From Oculina patagonica (taxonomy: Eukaryota), in assembly GCF_052425735.1 (NCBI RefSeq), contig NC_135761.1, positions 16,182,001 to 16,246,000 of the forward strand: DNA of 64,000 bases, in the 5' to 3' direction. The stretch's first letter is position 1, and each line of letters starts with the position of its first letter. The notes below the pieces were generated by a model that worked only from the letters and a program-made list of their open reading frames with translations, searched no databases and was not told where the DNA came from. Positions 25,948-39,100 of this stretch are shown one piece after another. The position numbers and the translations under genes were made by a program.

Positions 25948-26910
25948 CTGGAAAATAAACAAACAGCTTTAGTACTTTCCCCAGAATAACGCAAGGCGTC
26001 ATCTAGAACATAGAGGATATATATTACACGCCAGCGCAGAGATATGAATTTTATTTTCGGGTAGTAATTTCTTCGCTAATATCAAGTTTCTTAGCGAGCA
26101 TTTGCTGTATTTGGCAAAACCTAATAAAACAGACTATACACAGCAGTGACACAGCCCCTTTGACCACAAGGTGAAAGTAGTCATATTCGACCAATCCCAA
26201 CAAACGCGACTAATAAGCCATGACAGGTCAAACTGATGTTTTTCTAGCCTTACATTTGGGGTTCCCCCTAAACGAGGCGCATGCCTGGGTTCCAGCTGAG
26301 GATGGGGGATGCCAAGCAGTGTGGCTCGTGTATGTGTTTTTTCCGTGAACCAATCAAAACTCCAAGGAAAAATCCAGTCGGGGGAATAAGTACTGGTTTT
26401 GGCAAATCTTCGTTGAAGCGCTCTCAGAGTTTTTGAATTATTTCATCCAATCAAAAACCAGCGCGAGCGCTCACGGGTACTCCGAAAGCTATCGTGCGTA
26501 CAAATAGTCATGTTGCTTAGCAACTTCTGGGACGAAAACCGCGGGCTCAGTCACTTCGCGGAGAAGTGATTTCGCCATTAATGGGCGCTTGTTCCCCGGC
26601 GGGGCTTGTTCACCCGACTGAAATATGCAACCGGTACCAAGCGCGGGAAAACGTAAAACCACGTTATGTAAGCTACCTGTTAGTGTCTCCGAAATGTAAA
26701 AAAGGGTTTCTTTGATTTTCCTGATCGGTGTTGGAGTTTGTAAAAAGTTTCATTAAAATGTTCAAGGGGAGAGAGAAACACTTAGGGAAATGACAAAATG
26801 TTTAGCCCTATCGGGTTGCGTCATTACATATGGCTAACAAATAGCATGATTGGCATCATCTTTAAGCAGAGTCCTTACTGAGCTGAGAAAAAAAAAATTA
26901 TCTCGTATCG

Positions 26911-27083
26911 TAATAGCCGATTCCCTCTATAGCGCGCGCCTGCAGGGAATCACGGTAGTTGTATTCATTAAACCATGCGCGAGACTCAGCAACGATGCAC
27001 GTTGCTGAGTCTCGCGCATGGTTTGATGAATACAACTACCGTAATTCCCTGCAGGCGCGCGCTATAGAGGGAATCGGCTATTA
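26911..27083. repeat. Near-perfect hairpin, 84-bp arms, 5-nt loop
   Basis: TAATAGCCGATTCCCTCTATAGCGCG...CGCGCTATAGAGGGAATCGGCTATTA; two non-Watson-Crick positions. Confidence 0.9.
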
Positions 27084-27132
27084 TCGGCCCAATAGAAGGC
27101 TAAGGTTTGATCTACATTTTACGCATCTCACC

Positions 27133-30100
27133 TCATACACAGCCACATGAAAACCGGCACCTTTCTCTCACGAATTTACCATTTTGATTGCTATATGAAC
27201 AATACTTTCTCCATCGCCGACAGAATGCGTCGGAACCTTTGTTCGTGCAATCTATAAAAGAAAATGATGACAATGAATTTTTCAACAATGACACGAGCAT
27301 GGGACAAAGAAAAATTCTGAGTCCCCGACGGGAATCGAACCCATGGCCTCCCAGATACCGGTTGGGCGCTCTAACCAACTGAGCTACGAGAGACTCGTGG
27401 TGAGCTGGGCCATTTACTAGGTTGATATGTGACACGCGTCCTGCATACTGCTAGCTAGGATCAGCAAAGTCGAAATCATCAAGTGTGTTGTAAATAATAA
27501 AGATGGTAAATTTTAAGCTCGGTGATAAATAATGAAAATGAATTTTTCAACAATAACACGAGCATGGGACAAAGAAAAAATTCTGAGTCCCCGACGTCGT
27601 CTTTCATTATTTATCACCGAGCTTAAAATTTACCATCTTTATTATTTACAAGAAAAAATGTTAATTATTAGACACTTGAGCTGCTCACGCCGTGTGAACC
27701 AATCGAATTCGAAAATTCGGTTATAGCTAATAATAGTACGCTAGTAGTGACAAAAGTAATTTCTGCCGTTTGAATGAATGAATTAGAAAGAAATTATTAT
27801 TCTGACGGCACGATTGAGAGGTTCGCGGGTTGTTATGGGATGTCTAGGTATATATAGGTTTTGGCGGGAGATTTAGGTCATTCTAGGTCGTCAGTCCTCG
27901 TCCTCGCTTGCTTTCCTTTTTTCTTTAAAGTGTTGTTTGTTCAGCTTTTGTAACAAGTCTATTGAAAAATGCTCTAGATTATTTAGTGCCCTTTCCTCGG
28001 GGTCTCGTGCTGCTGCATTACATAAGGAATACGTTTCCACTCATTTTTGGCCACTTCTAAAGGGCGGTTTTTAGTGGTTTTTCGAATCTGGCGTAGCTTT
28101 TACACACCTTAATACTCTTAGAACGAACTGTTGTTTTTTGCTAGATTCAAGATTGTAATCAGGATGCATTTTCCATCTGATGCACCCTCAATAGGGGGGG
28201 GGGGGACAGGGGGGTCTGAACCTCCCACCTCCCGTACCTTTTACTCCCGCTTCCCGTACCTTTTACTCCCGCCTCCCGGTCCTTTCCGTAGCTGTTCTCT
28301 CCTGTTTGTTCCATGTCTATTGCGAAATCTAATGAAATGTTACGAAATTTCACTCGTTTTCTCCCGGTTCCCGCCACATTAAGAATCCCGCTTCCCTCCC
28401 TCTCTCCTCCCGCTTCCCGTCCCTTTTCTCCCGGTTGCTCCCGCCCCCCTGTCCCCCTTCACTCAATAAATTCTTCACATTGAATGTCTCGTGTTAGTCT
28501 AGTCATAATAGCAATGGTTGTCTATTCGACTTCAGGCTAGTGGCATTTTAAAATATGTTTCTTTCCTTTTACAAGGTTATTTAAAAAGCAAATAAAACAA
28601 CAAAACTCCCACACTTAATTACCTCGAGCTTCACGGAACATATCATCAAAGACATTTTCCATCGCACCTGGGAAAAACAGGACATTATAACTGTCAGTAA
28701 CATAGGTCTGGTTATTCCAAAGTCGATCAACGCCCCTAATCCAGGATATAGGCACTGTTCAGAGCCGGCGGAGCGTTTGGAACATTGGGGATCTAAGACG
28801 GTGCTAAAACACTCGGAAGGTAGTAATCGTATTTGGAGCTTTTTTTTCGTTGTAGCAACTTTTTTAGTTCTGAGCAGTTTCTAGACCGAACTGAAGATTT
28901 CCGAAGATTCTCCGATTGTTGCTCGAAGGCCATACAAACGTTTCCGATCGTTTTTCGAACTTCTCCGAAGGTAAAGGAAATTTTCCGAAGACTTCCAAGT
29001 AAGTTTCGAAGAAGTCACTCACGAGTCGGAATATCTTGACGAACAATTTTTCGCTGCGCTCGCGAAAGAGGAAAAAGTAGGTAGGCTGAGTCTTCCCCAA
29101 AATTTTCGTTTGGGGGGCTACACCCCCCCCCCCCCCCCCCTCCTGCCCCCCTGCTGCGCCGCCTGTCCTGTTTACACGGACACGGTTTCCCTAAAATATA
29201 CAGAGCACCCCCCTCCCGGGTTAACCACATCAATTTCGATGCGGTTACGTTTACATTTACACGGCGCCAAACGAGAGTCTTGAGACCACTATTTAAGCCG
29301 GGACGTTTTGAAACGCTGTCACAAGAGGAGTGTTTTCAAAACGATACGGTTTTCTTGGTCGTGTAAACGGCGAAACCGCATTGATGTGAAAACGGTTAGG
29401 TATTTTGGCGCGAAATTGGCTGGCTCGCGAAGAGTGAACATGGTGAACCACGCACGGAATGCATCGCTTGCTTATACAATCACATTCGACAATGTTCGAA
29501 AACACTTGGAAAACTGTACTACAGGTCCCGTGTAAATTCTTCGAAACCAGGCATGTCGCTCTCGATGAGGTTTCGAGGTCATGAAACCGTGTCGATTGCA
29601 AACAGCATCCGTGTTAACGATGCCTTAAGTGCCAACGCTTTTAATGTAAAAGTTAAGCTGACTAAAGCCTGGTTTTCACTAGCGACGCAAGCACAAGCGG
29701 AATCACGCAAAAAGAACAAATTTTGATCCTTGTGCTTGTGCTTGCGGCAAGCACAAACAGAAGCATCGAAATACAATGCGCTGGTGCTTTTGCTTGCGTC
29801 GAAGCCGTTTTCACGGTGAAATAAGAGCGGTTATCCTTGCGCTTGTGCTTGTGTCGCTAGTAAAAACCAGGCTTAAGCTTGTTCTAACGGTCGATCACAA
29901 TAGTTGAAAATAAAAACACAGTCCAGGGACAAAAGAGAAACAAAAAAGACCTGATCTATTGTTCCGAAACAATCCTACTTGATAACCATTAGACCAGGAC
30001 AAAAGATTACTTTTTTAATAAAATAAATGCACATTTGACTTTCAATGAAGTTCGATTGTTTACCGCATACTTTTTCTAACGGAATTTTGGTTTCCTTTAC

Positions 30101-30806
30101 CACTCGATCACGAACGGCGTATATCGTAGAAAAAAGGAGTGCACGGGGAAAATATTTGTCCGCCTATGCAGATTTCTCTCCGGTACTTCTTTTTCGTGCT
30201 TTATTCTACGCAGCTAAATAAATTAAAAAAACACAGAAATGCATTCCATATCTAGGGCCGGCCAGGTATTGTCTTTTATGCACTCTTGACTTCATTCAGT
30301 TCAGTGTAGTGTTTAAATTTCTACTTTTTATCTTTCTGTTGTTGCTTTGAAATGAGTTTTACATATAGTTAGACTTAATGGAAAAAAAACTATTACTAAT
30401 TGAACCTTTCATTTTAAACCGCGTAAAAGACAAACCATTAGATAAATTTCATATTTTCAAAGTTAACGGTCATTATGTGCTGAAAGATCGTTCCCAACTT
30501 ATCAAAAAATAGACGACTATGACTTGGTTTATACTCAGTCACCTTCAGAATGTCTTGAAGTTTTTCCGCGACATTTCTGTTTAGAAAAGATTGGATACCA
30601 GAGTAAGCCAGTTCTGTTCCACACCCCCAAATCAGTAAGACTGTACAGTACAACATATTACAAACCATTTAATTGTACTCACCGTCATTAAAATCACCCT
30701 CTGTGTGATGGTCCTTAAAAGGAACTGCTTTTCCGAGACGTACAAGCATTAACAGAACTGAAAAAAGCACGACTGCTTTGAAACTGACCGCTGGCGCTTT
30801 CTTCAT
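27133..30806 (-). CDS. Damicornin/AmAMP1-like antimicrobial peptide precursor (95 aa)
   Basis: Exons 30806-30683 (MKKAPAVSFKAVVLFSVLLMLVRLGKAVPFKDHHTEGDFND), 28667-28623 (GAMENVFDDMFREAR) and 27251-27133 (DCTNKGSDAFCRRWRKYCSYSNQNGKFVRERCRFSCGCV*). Signal, acidic pro-region, RxxR site, cationic 39-aa peptide. Cys spacing C-x8-C-x6-C-x13-C-x3-C-x1-C matches damicornin as recalled. Confidence 0.88.
27270..27648 (-). mobile_element. tRNA-derived SINE-like repeat, with partial copies at ~34020-34152 and ~38910-38985
   Basis: Minus strand TAGCTCAGTTGGTTAGAGCG..GGTTCGATTCC plus shared GGGACAAAGAAAAATTCTGAGTCCCC. Confidence 0.7.
29666..29873. mobile_element. PIF/Harbinger-type MITE (TAA TSD)
   Basis: TIR AGCCTGGTTTTCACTAGCGAC / GTCGCTAGTAAAAACCAGGCT. 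Confidence 0.75.
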
Positions 30807-31756
30807 CTTGTTGGTACTCAATCAACTCTTCAACTGAAGGCGGGAGAGTAAGCTTCAGAAGTTTGTTCTAACGGTCAACGTTTATTTTGAATGACATGTA
30901 TATTAATGTATTGTGCCAAGCGCGTCGCTTTGTTTTCATTGCATCAATTGCTGACTGCATAATTATTAAGACTTGTGAACTGACGAATTGAAACAAAGGG
31001 TAAAATGAAATTTTAATTACATCAATTGCTACTGCATATTAGGACTAGTGTACTACGTTAGGACTGCATTTAGGCTGGACTGCATATTAGGACTTGTGAA
31101 CTGACGAATCGAAACAAAGAGTAAAATGAAATTTTAATTATGAAAAGAAAATTAGGGTTTTTTTGGTTGAGTACGCAATACGTTAAGCAAAATGACGTGC
31201 GCACACTCAATCGGATCATCCGAATTCCGATGATTAAGGCACTTTGTATCTTGCTTGCTATGTCTCTGTAAATTATATATCGCGAGTTTTGCTACCAAGT
31301 TAGACTTGTGTAAAACATTTGGATATAAACACTATGTGCTTTATTCATTTTTTATTGAGTTTTATAAACCGATCATTGTATTTAACATGCGGCCTGATTG
31401 GATAACCAGTGTGTTTTGCATAAGGGACGTAACACGATTATAATGTCAGTGATGTCACGTTACAATACTTACAAAATATATTTTATCGTATAAATAGAAA
31501 ACTGTGCAATTCAAAGGCAATTTATTACCTAGTTAGTGAACAGGAAAACCGATAAATATTGCGATATTCGTATTGTTCCTGTATAATCTGCCAAGAAACC
31601 CCTCAAAAGGCAATATATTTTTTATATATAGTGGCATCCGGATTCTTCGAGCTTTCCATGCTCGCCTGTTTTTTTTTTTTTTTTTTTTTTAAAATATACC
31701 AGTGGAACGATATTCGTTTCATTCTACGTAATTTCGAAAAAAACAATTTCCTAATT

Positions 31757-33427
31757 CTACGCTCTTCCGAGTTTATACGAGTAATCAATAAGTTGTTGAA
31801 GGAAACCCTGGTTGGGTGAAATTTCACGCTTGCTTCGCACAAGCCGCACTGCGTCCTTGAGCCCCATTTCTTGATCTCTCACTAAATACGCCAAAACAAG
31901 TGATGCCGATCGACTGACGCCCTCCTTACAGTGAACAAGTATCTTGCCGTTCAGCCTTCCGGTCTTCTTTGTTCCAACCGCTTTCCCGATGAAATCACAA
32001 GCTTCGTCAAAGAAGCGATTGAGTTCGAATGTGAACATGTCCATTGCTGGAACACCGTGGTAGATGATTCCTGATTCGCAGTAGTAATCTGGCCCTGTCT
32101 GGACATGATAGAGTTTTTTTCCATGCGCTGCATTCAGCACGTGAGTAATTCCAAGGTCTTGTAGCTGCCCTTCTTCCATGGCAGTTGAACTGAAAAAAAG
32201 GATTACAGAGGGTAATTAGACTTGCTCCAATTGAAGTCGACCTCTCACAAGTCTCTAAAGCAAGCGAAGCGAGCTTTATGAGGTGGGCAGTCTCTAAAGC
32301 AATGACCCAACTAACGAGAAAAAAATTAAAACAGTTTAAAGAAAGTGTAGAGGGTAATTTGACTACAAACAGTCCCTTAGCCTGCGTGAAAGGCGTTCAA
32401 AGGGGAGGGAGAGGCGAAAACGAGAAGCGTGCTTGTGCTTCTCGAATGTTAGTTTTTCCTTTTCCCTCCCCTTTGTTGCCAGCAGTCCCTCAGCGTATTA
32501 GACTCGTGGGCGCATGTGGGGTGGCGGTTGACGGGGGGGGGGGGGGGGGGGGGAGGTTTTTGCACTTCCCCTATTTCCAGCATGGTTTTGCATCAAGATT
32601 GCGTTTCCCGTCCCCCCGTTTGTTGTCTACAGTTTGTCGTTTCCGGGTACAGTAGAATCCCGATTTCTGGAACCTCCGAAATCCACTGTTAGTAGTAGTT
32701 TTATGTTTGCTATGAACAGAACATGAGGTGATGTTTTCATACAGATTTCAAAATAATTCATAGAAAAGTAAACGGAATCAACAAGAAGCTTACGTCTACT
32801 CCCCCGGGCGTCTACTGCGGCGCAACAAAGCCCATGTATCGCCCCAACCTAGAAACTGAGCTCGGCACTTGCGTGACATTCCTGTACTGTCACGCAAGTG
32901 ATGGCGAAACTGAAATGCCATTTTCGACATTTTTCCTTACCGAGGCGATTTCAAGTCTCCAAAGAGTAAAAGGAAATATATCAGAAAAAAAGTCCTCTGC
33001 GTGTGTGACAGAAAACAGTTGCTTTATATTAAAATTGACGTAATTCTATAAAAGTTTACAACAAGATAACAACTTTAGTATCTGTAGCCCTGATCTACTC
33101 AGAGATCTGTAGCTGTTACATTATCGTTTGATGTGTTTTGAAATCACTCAATATTGCAGCCATCCACACCTCAACTCAAATAACTTAACGTATACCAAGC
33201 CGGGATGCATGCTAACTGAAGCGAAAAACCTGCATAGCTAGGTGTGAGATAAATTAAAAATGTTGCACTTACGCTTCGCTAAGAAAAATTCCATCAAATA
33301 CTTCGTTGTAAGCATCAGATGGCATCTTAAAAAATCCACCAGCAGGTTTAGTTATAATACGATTTAAGTCCTCGACGCTGATTTTACCAGAGTTGGAGGC
33401 TGAAGCGGTGTTTTCCTCTTCCGCCAT
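31757..33427 (-). CDS. DUSP3: Atypical dual-specificity phosphatase, DUSP3/VHR-like (195 aa)
   Basis: Exons 33427-33273 and 32189-31757 (phase 2). Motifs LGITHVLNAA, catalytic VHCKEGVSRSA and PNQGFLQQL. Orthology within DUSP3/13/26/27 is not certain. Confidence 0.9.
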
Positions 33428-33651
33428 TTTGTTCGATTTGTGATTCCGCAAAATCGTGAAGTGCATTCTGGGCCGATAAGAGCAAGATGGCGGCTGCTGG
33501 ACTTCCTTACAACGAAAGATGAAAGTGGAAATATGTATTGCTATGGAAGAAGTATCTCGCTCTTATTTTGCTACGAACTTACCAAAGATGTCGTCAAAGT
33601 ATACGGCCGTAAATCTGCCCGCCATGGTAAACAGAAGTGGATGATTTTGTG
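33428..33651. promoter_or_regulatory. Putative bidirectional promoter with YY1-type motif
   Basis: AAGATGGCGGC at 33484-33494 between divergent ATGs 225 bp apart. The same motif occurs at 39788-39798, just upstream of TMEM143. Confidence 0.4.
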
Positions 33652-33864
33652 ATGGAAAATTCAACTGAATCAGGAAGCAAGAAGTTTGGAATTGATGTAG
33701 TGGAGTTATCAGTGACTTGTGCAGCAGCAGCACTTATTATGGTGGCAATTGGCATTCTGTTATACTTCTTTTGTACAACTCCCAGGCAAAGAGAAAGACA
33801 CTGCAGGAGATGCAAGAAAACCCATCAAACTGTGGAACAAAGCCAAACTACACCAGCCAGCTGA
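33652..33864 (+). CDS. Putative 70-aa single-pass membrane microprotein, head-to-head with DUSP
   Basis: MENSTESGSKKFGIDVVELSVTCAAAALIMVAIGILLYFFCTTPRQRERHCRRCKK...: N-glycosylation sequon NST, ~23-aa hydrophobic helix, then a basic Cys-rich tail. Confidence 0.45.
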   Translation: MENSTESGSKKFGIDVVELSVTCAAAALIMVAIGILLYFFCTTPRQRERHCRRCKKTHQTVEQSQTTPAS

Positions 33865-36162
33865 AAGTTAAATGGGATCTATCCTCCCTTCCCCCGCCAC
33901 CCCACAAAATGAGGCCCTAACAACCAAAATAAGGTTCCTGGCAAGCACCAAAGGTTCATTAAAATGATGTATTTTTGAAACAAAATGTTAATATTATTTA
34001 TTTGTAAAGAATTTTTCTACATGACACGAGCGTGGGACAAAGAAAAAATCTGAGTCCCCAACGGGAATCGAACTCATGGCCTCCCAGATACCGGTATCTG
34101 GGAGGCCATGGGTTCGATTCCCGTCGGGGACTCAGAATCCCTCTCTGTCCCACAACAACAACATCCTCTTTATTTTCCTTATCAATAAATTAAAGGTGCT
34201 CAAAATGTAAGGTGCTCAAAATGCTCAAGACATTTCAAATCATTGTGTATAAAATAGTTGTCTGGACATATTTTCAAACAAAAAAATTTTGGTTGTTGAA
34301 GAAAAGAAGTGAACACAGGAACGTTTCATTTGTTTGAGAACTGAACTCTGAACATGCTGCCTTGAAAGTGGCAGGGAACTTAAAAGTAGCTTGGATAATT
34401 TCTTTCAGACTGTGTGACATGCATGTATATGACTTTGTACTGGATGAAAATACCTAGTATAATTACCACACTGTTGAATGGCTTGAATTCCCTTAGAAGC
34501 GTGCATGCCACTCAAACCTGTTACTGGACATTCTTTTACCAAGCTTACTTGCCATTATAAGTATTTACAGGCTGTTTGTGTCATTTACTTTTGAAGCTTA
34601 GGCACTCTTGTTACTAAAATTGTCAGTGTTCGTGTTCAAGGAAGGTGCCCGAGCCAGAGAGAGTGCAGGAGAAAATAAATGAACTCAAACTGAATTCCAG
34701 CTTGCCCTTTGAACAAGCAGCTCTTAAATTTTGCTTGCTAGTTGCAAGTCCAGAAGTGGGCCCTTTCTCTCTGTCACGCAACATTGGTGCATGACAGAGA
34801 GAGAGGGACAGAACTGGACTAAGGCAGTTGCATGCTTGTTGTAGTGTACTTATGATTTAGTAAGCAGATGACTTGTCTGGGCCCTTGTCCATTGGGTAAG
34901 AGAGAATGAAAAGTTGGTTGGTTAGCAGATTATACTTGTCTCTGATGACCAGATAGCATTGTTTCAAGCCCTGTCAAATGTTGCTTGTCAACCCCATTGT
35001 ATTTGGAAATTGTGTAAAGATGAGCCTTGTTCCTTCACAGGGGCTCTGTGGAATGAACACTGAGCAAGTGCAAGCTTAGTGTGGAGAATGTCTGGAAGAG
35101 AGGCTTTTTTCCTTCCTTCTTTTGCCTCCTGTGCCTGCTCTCACCGATTGGCTCTCTAATAACCTTAGCTTTGAACTCCCTGAAGGGGGAAGGGCAGTTG
35201 AATAATTTTCCAAGTTACACCCAGGCATTCTATCCCTCCAGATTGCAACATCCATGTTTCTCCAATGATCCAAGTAGGCGATATGCAGTTATGCACTGCA
35301 GAATTATTGAAATGGGGAACTACCATCTTTAATCCATAGTTACTAGATACAAAAGGAAACAAAAAAGAAAAAAATTCTAAACAAAATTACAAGGGAGAAA
35401 ACAGCTGAGTCTTGATTTCAAGGTTCAGATTTTATTCTTGTAAACCCTCATGGGAATATTTTCTTGAAAGTCTGTTCAAAACACCTTAAACATCAATAAT
35501 ATAATTCCTCTTTTAAAAATTATCGCACCTGCAAGAGCAATAATTCGGCAAGTAATGCTACATCTGTGTTCAAAAGGTTATAATATAGCTCAACTTAACT
35601 AAAGCGCATAATTTTTTATTTATTGTAATCTAAACTCACAAATGTGCTGAAACAAGTGGCACTTTCTTTCTTCCTTTTGTTCTTTTTTTTGGGGGGGGAG
35701 GGGGTTGGGTGGAATTTCTGGTGTGAATGACTGTATTTAGGTATGGCAACAGTTAAGATATTTTAGGAGGTTAGTGGCTTTTGCAGTAGTCTACCTCGCA
35801 AACTTTTTTAGTGTCATCATGCAACGCTCCTCCCCACAAACGGCTGCTCACATTCGAACAACATTCCTTTCCCTTTGTTTATAATGTGACCAATCAGAAC
35901 ACAGGAGATTTGTGGGGAGGAGTGTTGCGTGACGACACTAAAAATGGCTGCGAAGGAGACTACTTTTGCAGATACATGTAAATTTTTCATGCATGTGACC
36001 ATGTAACAACGTTGTTTATTCTTGTTAGTTTTTCCCTTGTGTGAACTTCAAGGTAAAAAATCACAAGAAGAAGAGTGAAGAACACCAATCCACACCCACA
36101 AGGATCCACTATCGAACAAAAACACATATTCTTTTCTCCGCCTTGTAGGCCAATATGTCAAG

Positions 36163-39100
36163 TCAGTCCCAACTCATTTTCTTTTGTTCCAATTCTTCTC
36201 TCTGTTTGTCGTGCATTTGTTCTATTTCTTCCTCTGTTGCTGCCTCAGTTAGTTCCACATCAAGCTCTTCTGTTCTCTCAAGTGCTTCCTTCATGGATTC
36301 TTTGGGGCTTGGTAGTTTCATGAAAGCATCAATAACAGGTAGCACACTGAATATCTCTTGTTCACCTAGGTAGCAGGTGAGAAATCAACTTTAGAAATAT
36401 GAAGTAAATTTGCATGTTTCTCGTCATGAAAAAATTATTGCATAGAAGACTGCGCAAGCTCAAAATAATCATGACTTTTGAATGCAAGTCAATCATGTTC
36501 CCAGGGTCTGCATTTGTAATTGTTCACACCAACAATGTGGAGCATCATAGGTCCTGTATTTGACAATGTGCAGAGTGCTCATTTTTGATTGTCAGTCAAT
36601 CAGATTTTAGTGGAAGACTGTTTACCCTGGACATTTATTGCGGTTTTCAGCGAAATGCGAACTCTGAATTTCAATCCTCGACCAACGGTTTACGCTTTTT
36701 GCTGCCATCAATCATCTAAGCGGACCTCTTGGGAAATAGAAGTTCACTTCAACCAGGGCAAAAGGTCACCTCTGTCTGTTGTGATTGGCAGATTTTGATC
36801 CATTTTGTTTGTTTCTGTTTGTCATGGTTTGTTGGCAGTCACCATAATTATGATTGGCGCGGCAGCCAAAAAACACAATCGTTAGTTGGATTTTGAATTT
36901 CAGAGTTTGCATTTCAATGAAAACCACAATTAATCAGACCTGGCCAGAGTCCAAGGAAAGCAGGCTCTGGGGACAAAGATTAGAATGTGGGTACTTTATT
37001 AAATCAAGAATTATGGTTAGTATTATATTTTTCATTGTTGGTTGTTTTTAGACTTTCAGATCTCTTTGCAATCTACTTGTTACCCTTTTTAGTAAAAACT
37101 AGTTGTTGCTTGCATGTACCTTTTTGCTTCATTGTGAGAAGCCCAAGGTTTTCAAGTTGTTTTATAGCTTCTGAAGGATCATATTTCAGTGTCACTTGGA
37201 ATTTGCTGTTCATCCAATCCTCCACATGTTGCTTTAGCTCACTAACTGTCATGCCATCACTTTTGTGCACTCCACTGCCGCTTTGACTGCCGCCTAACAA
37301 TCATAATTATCATGGTTAAAAATTCCCAGGATCGGGATATAAACATCAGGGCATAGGGCATGACAAAAACCCATGTTCAATATTTGCTCCCAGCAAGTGA
37401 AAATATTTTTTGTGGCCTGATGGGCAAGTGAAACAAGCCTCAGTAGTATTGCGTGTCTGTGTGATGGCAAGAAATATAACTGGAAGCAATTAGTAAAAAC
37501 TGAAATTTACTGGCCCACCAGGCAAGTGGATTTCAAATTTTTTTTCCTGCCCTGAACATGCATACTATATGGAAAACATCTAAAGTGGAAAAAAGGACCA
37601 TTGTGAGCTTTGTAAAGAAAGGGTTTGAAACATTTTTTGACAACACATAAAAGGGCATCTTCTTTTAAAAGTTTGAGATTCTGGCAGCTTCAGGTTAAAA
37701 TAAAATACATAGAACATTTATGATGTTGTAGAATTTTGCAATAGATTACAACATACAGTATGTCAAGGATACATTTTGGGAAGTTTGAAACAAAATGCAT
37801 GTAAATAATATTTGCAAAGAATTGATCATCAAGCTTTAAATTCTGAGGAGCCATTAGAAAATAATTCCTCAAAGATAAATTTTGTTTTATAGTACTTAGC
37901 ATTACTTGAAAGAGGTACATAGTTACATCTACTCAACAGAGGGGACTAACTATGATTACCAACTTACATATCAGTACCTGAGAGTGGCTGTAAGTTTGAA
38001 GAAGCCTGAAGAAAGCTGTAGGCCAGAAGAGTCACCTTAAACACTTCATCTTCTGCTCTGTCAGCTAGCAAGGTGAGCAAAGCCCGATTGTTTGCAATGG
38101 ACTTAAAATAAAGGGTCTGTGACAAGCGGACAAGGTAGGAATTCCTCTTATTCTTGTACATGTTCCATGCTCTTAGAGCGACAATGCCAGCCACAGATAT
38201 AGCGATGTAGGTCCATGATATTTTGTAATCTGCCAGGAAAGAAACAAGCTTGATCACCACACCCGCGACACCAACTGTCAGCGTTCCTGCCAGCACTCTT
38301 TGATCAAACTGCGTCATCCTTATTTTTCCTTCAGGGAGTAAATGTTCCAAGTTAGCGCAGCGAATATCCTTGAAAGACTTGAGCATGAGTTTGTTCTGTT
38401 TCTTGGCACGAATTGCTATAACCACCCTTTTGTACCTCTCAGCTTTCACTGATGGTTTAAACCAATGAACAACACCACTGGCAATCCTGGAATACCATGC
38501 ACCTGTATCGACTGGCTCAAATTCCTTGCCAACAACCCACACTCGAAGAACATCATACTTTTTTGGGTCGACACTGACGAGTACTCCATCCCCTGCATCA
38601 TGTTCTTTCAAGGCTTCATGCACTTCATCAACTGGCAGCTCGTAGAAATGGGCCTTTTCTAGGAGCTGTGACAACTTTTCCAGCAACCAGAACTCATTAT
38701 CTAGTCTTTCCTTCTTTGAGAATTTCTGGAGGGTTAACGTCTCTTTGTCAGGGTTCAGTGGATCATACAGTGCCTACCAGCAGCAGAAGTAGAAGAAGAA
38801 ATTAATATATACATATTTTTGAAAGCATTTAAAAATAATAGGTCGGTTTCCTGCAGGTATCTTTCCCATATGAAAAGCTATTGAAATGAAAATATGTTCA
38901 TGATGTCATGAGTGTGCAACAAAGAAAAAATATGAGTCCCCTCGGGAATCGAACCTATGGCCTCCCAGATAGCGGTTGGGCACTACAACCACCACCTTTA
39001 TTATTTTTTGATACTCTCTTTGTGAGAGAACAATAAGTTCTTCAAGGGGGAGGAAAAAAATACATGTTCCCTCCTTCCCTTGTACAGTGGAACCCCGATA

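Noticed and set aside
25720-25962. 80-aa ORF
   Set aside because: Better explained as the 3'UTR exon of the AMP gene; no recognisable motif.
30064-30213. Possible extra exon in intron 1 of the AMP gene
   Set aside because: Stops in all frames; the three-exon model is already complete.
35081-35332. 83-aa ORF with a hydrophobic stretch
   Set aside because: GTG start, no convincing splice sites and no recognisable family.
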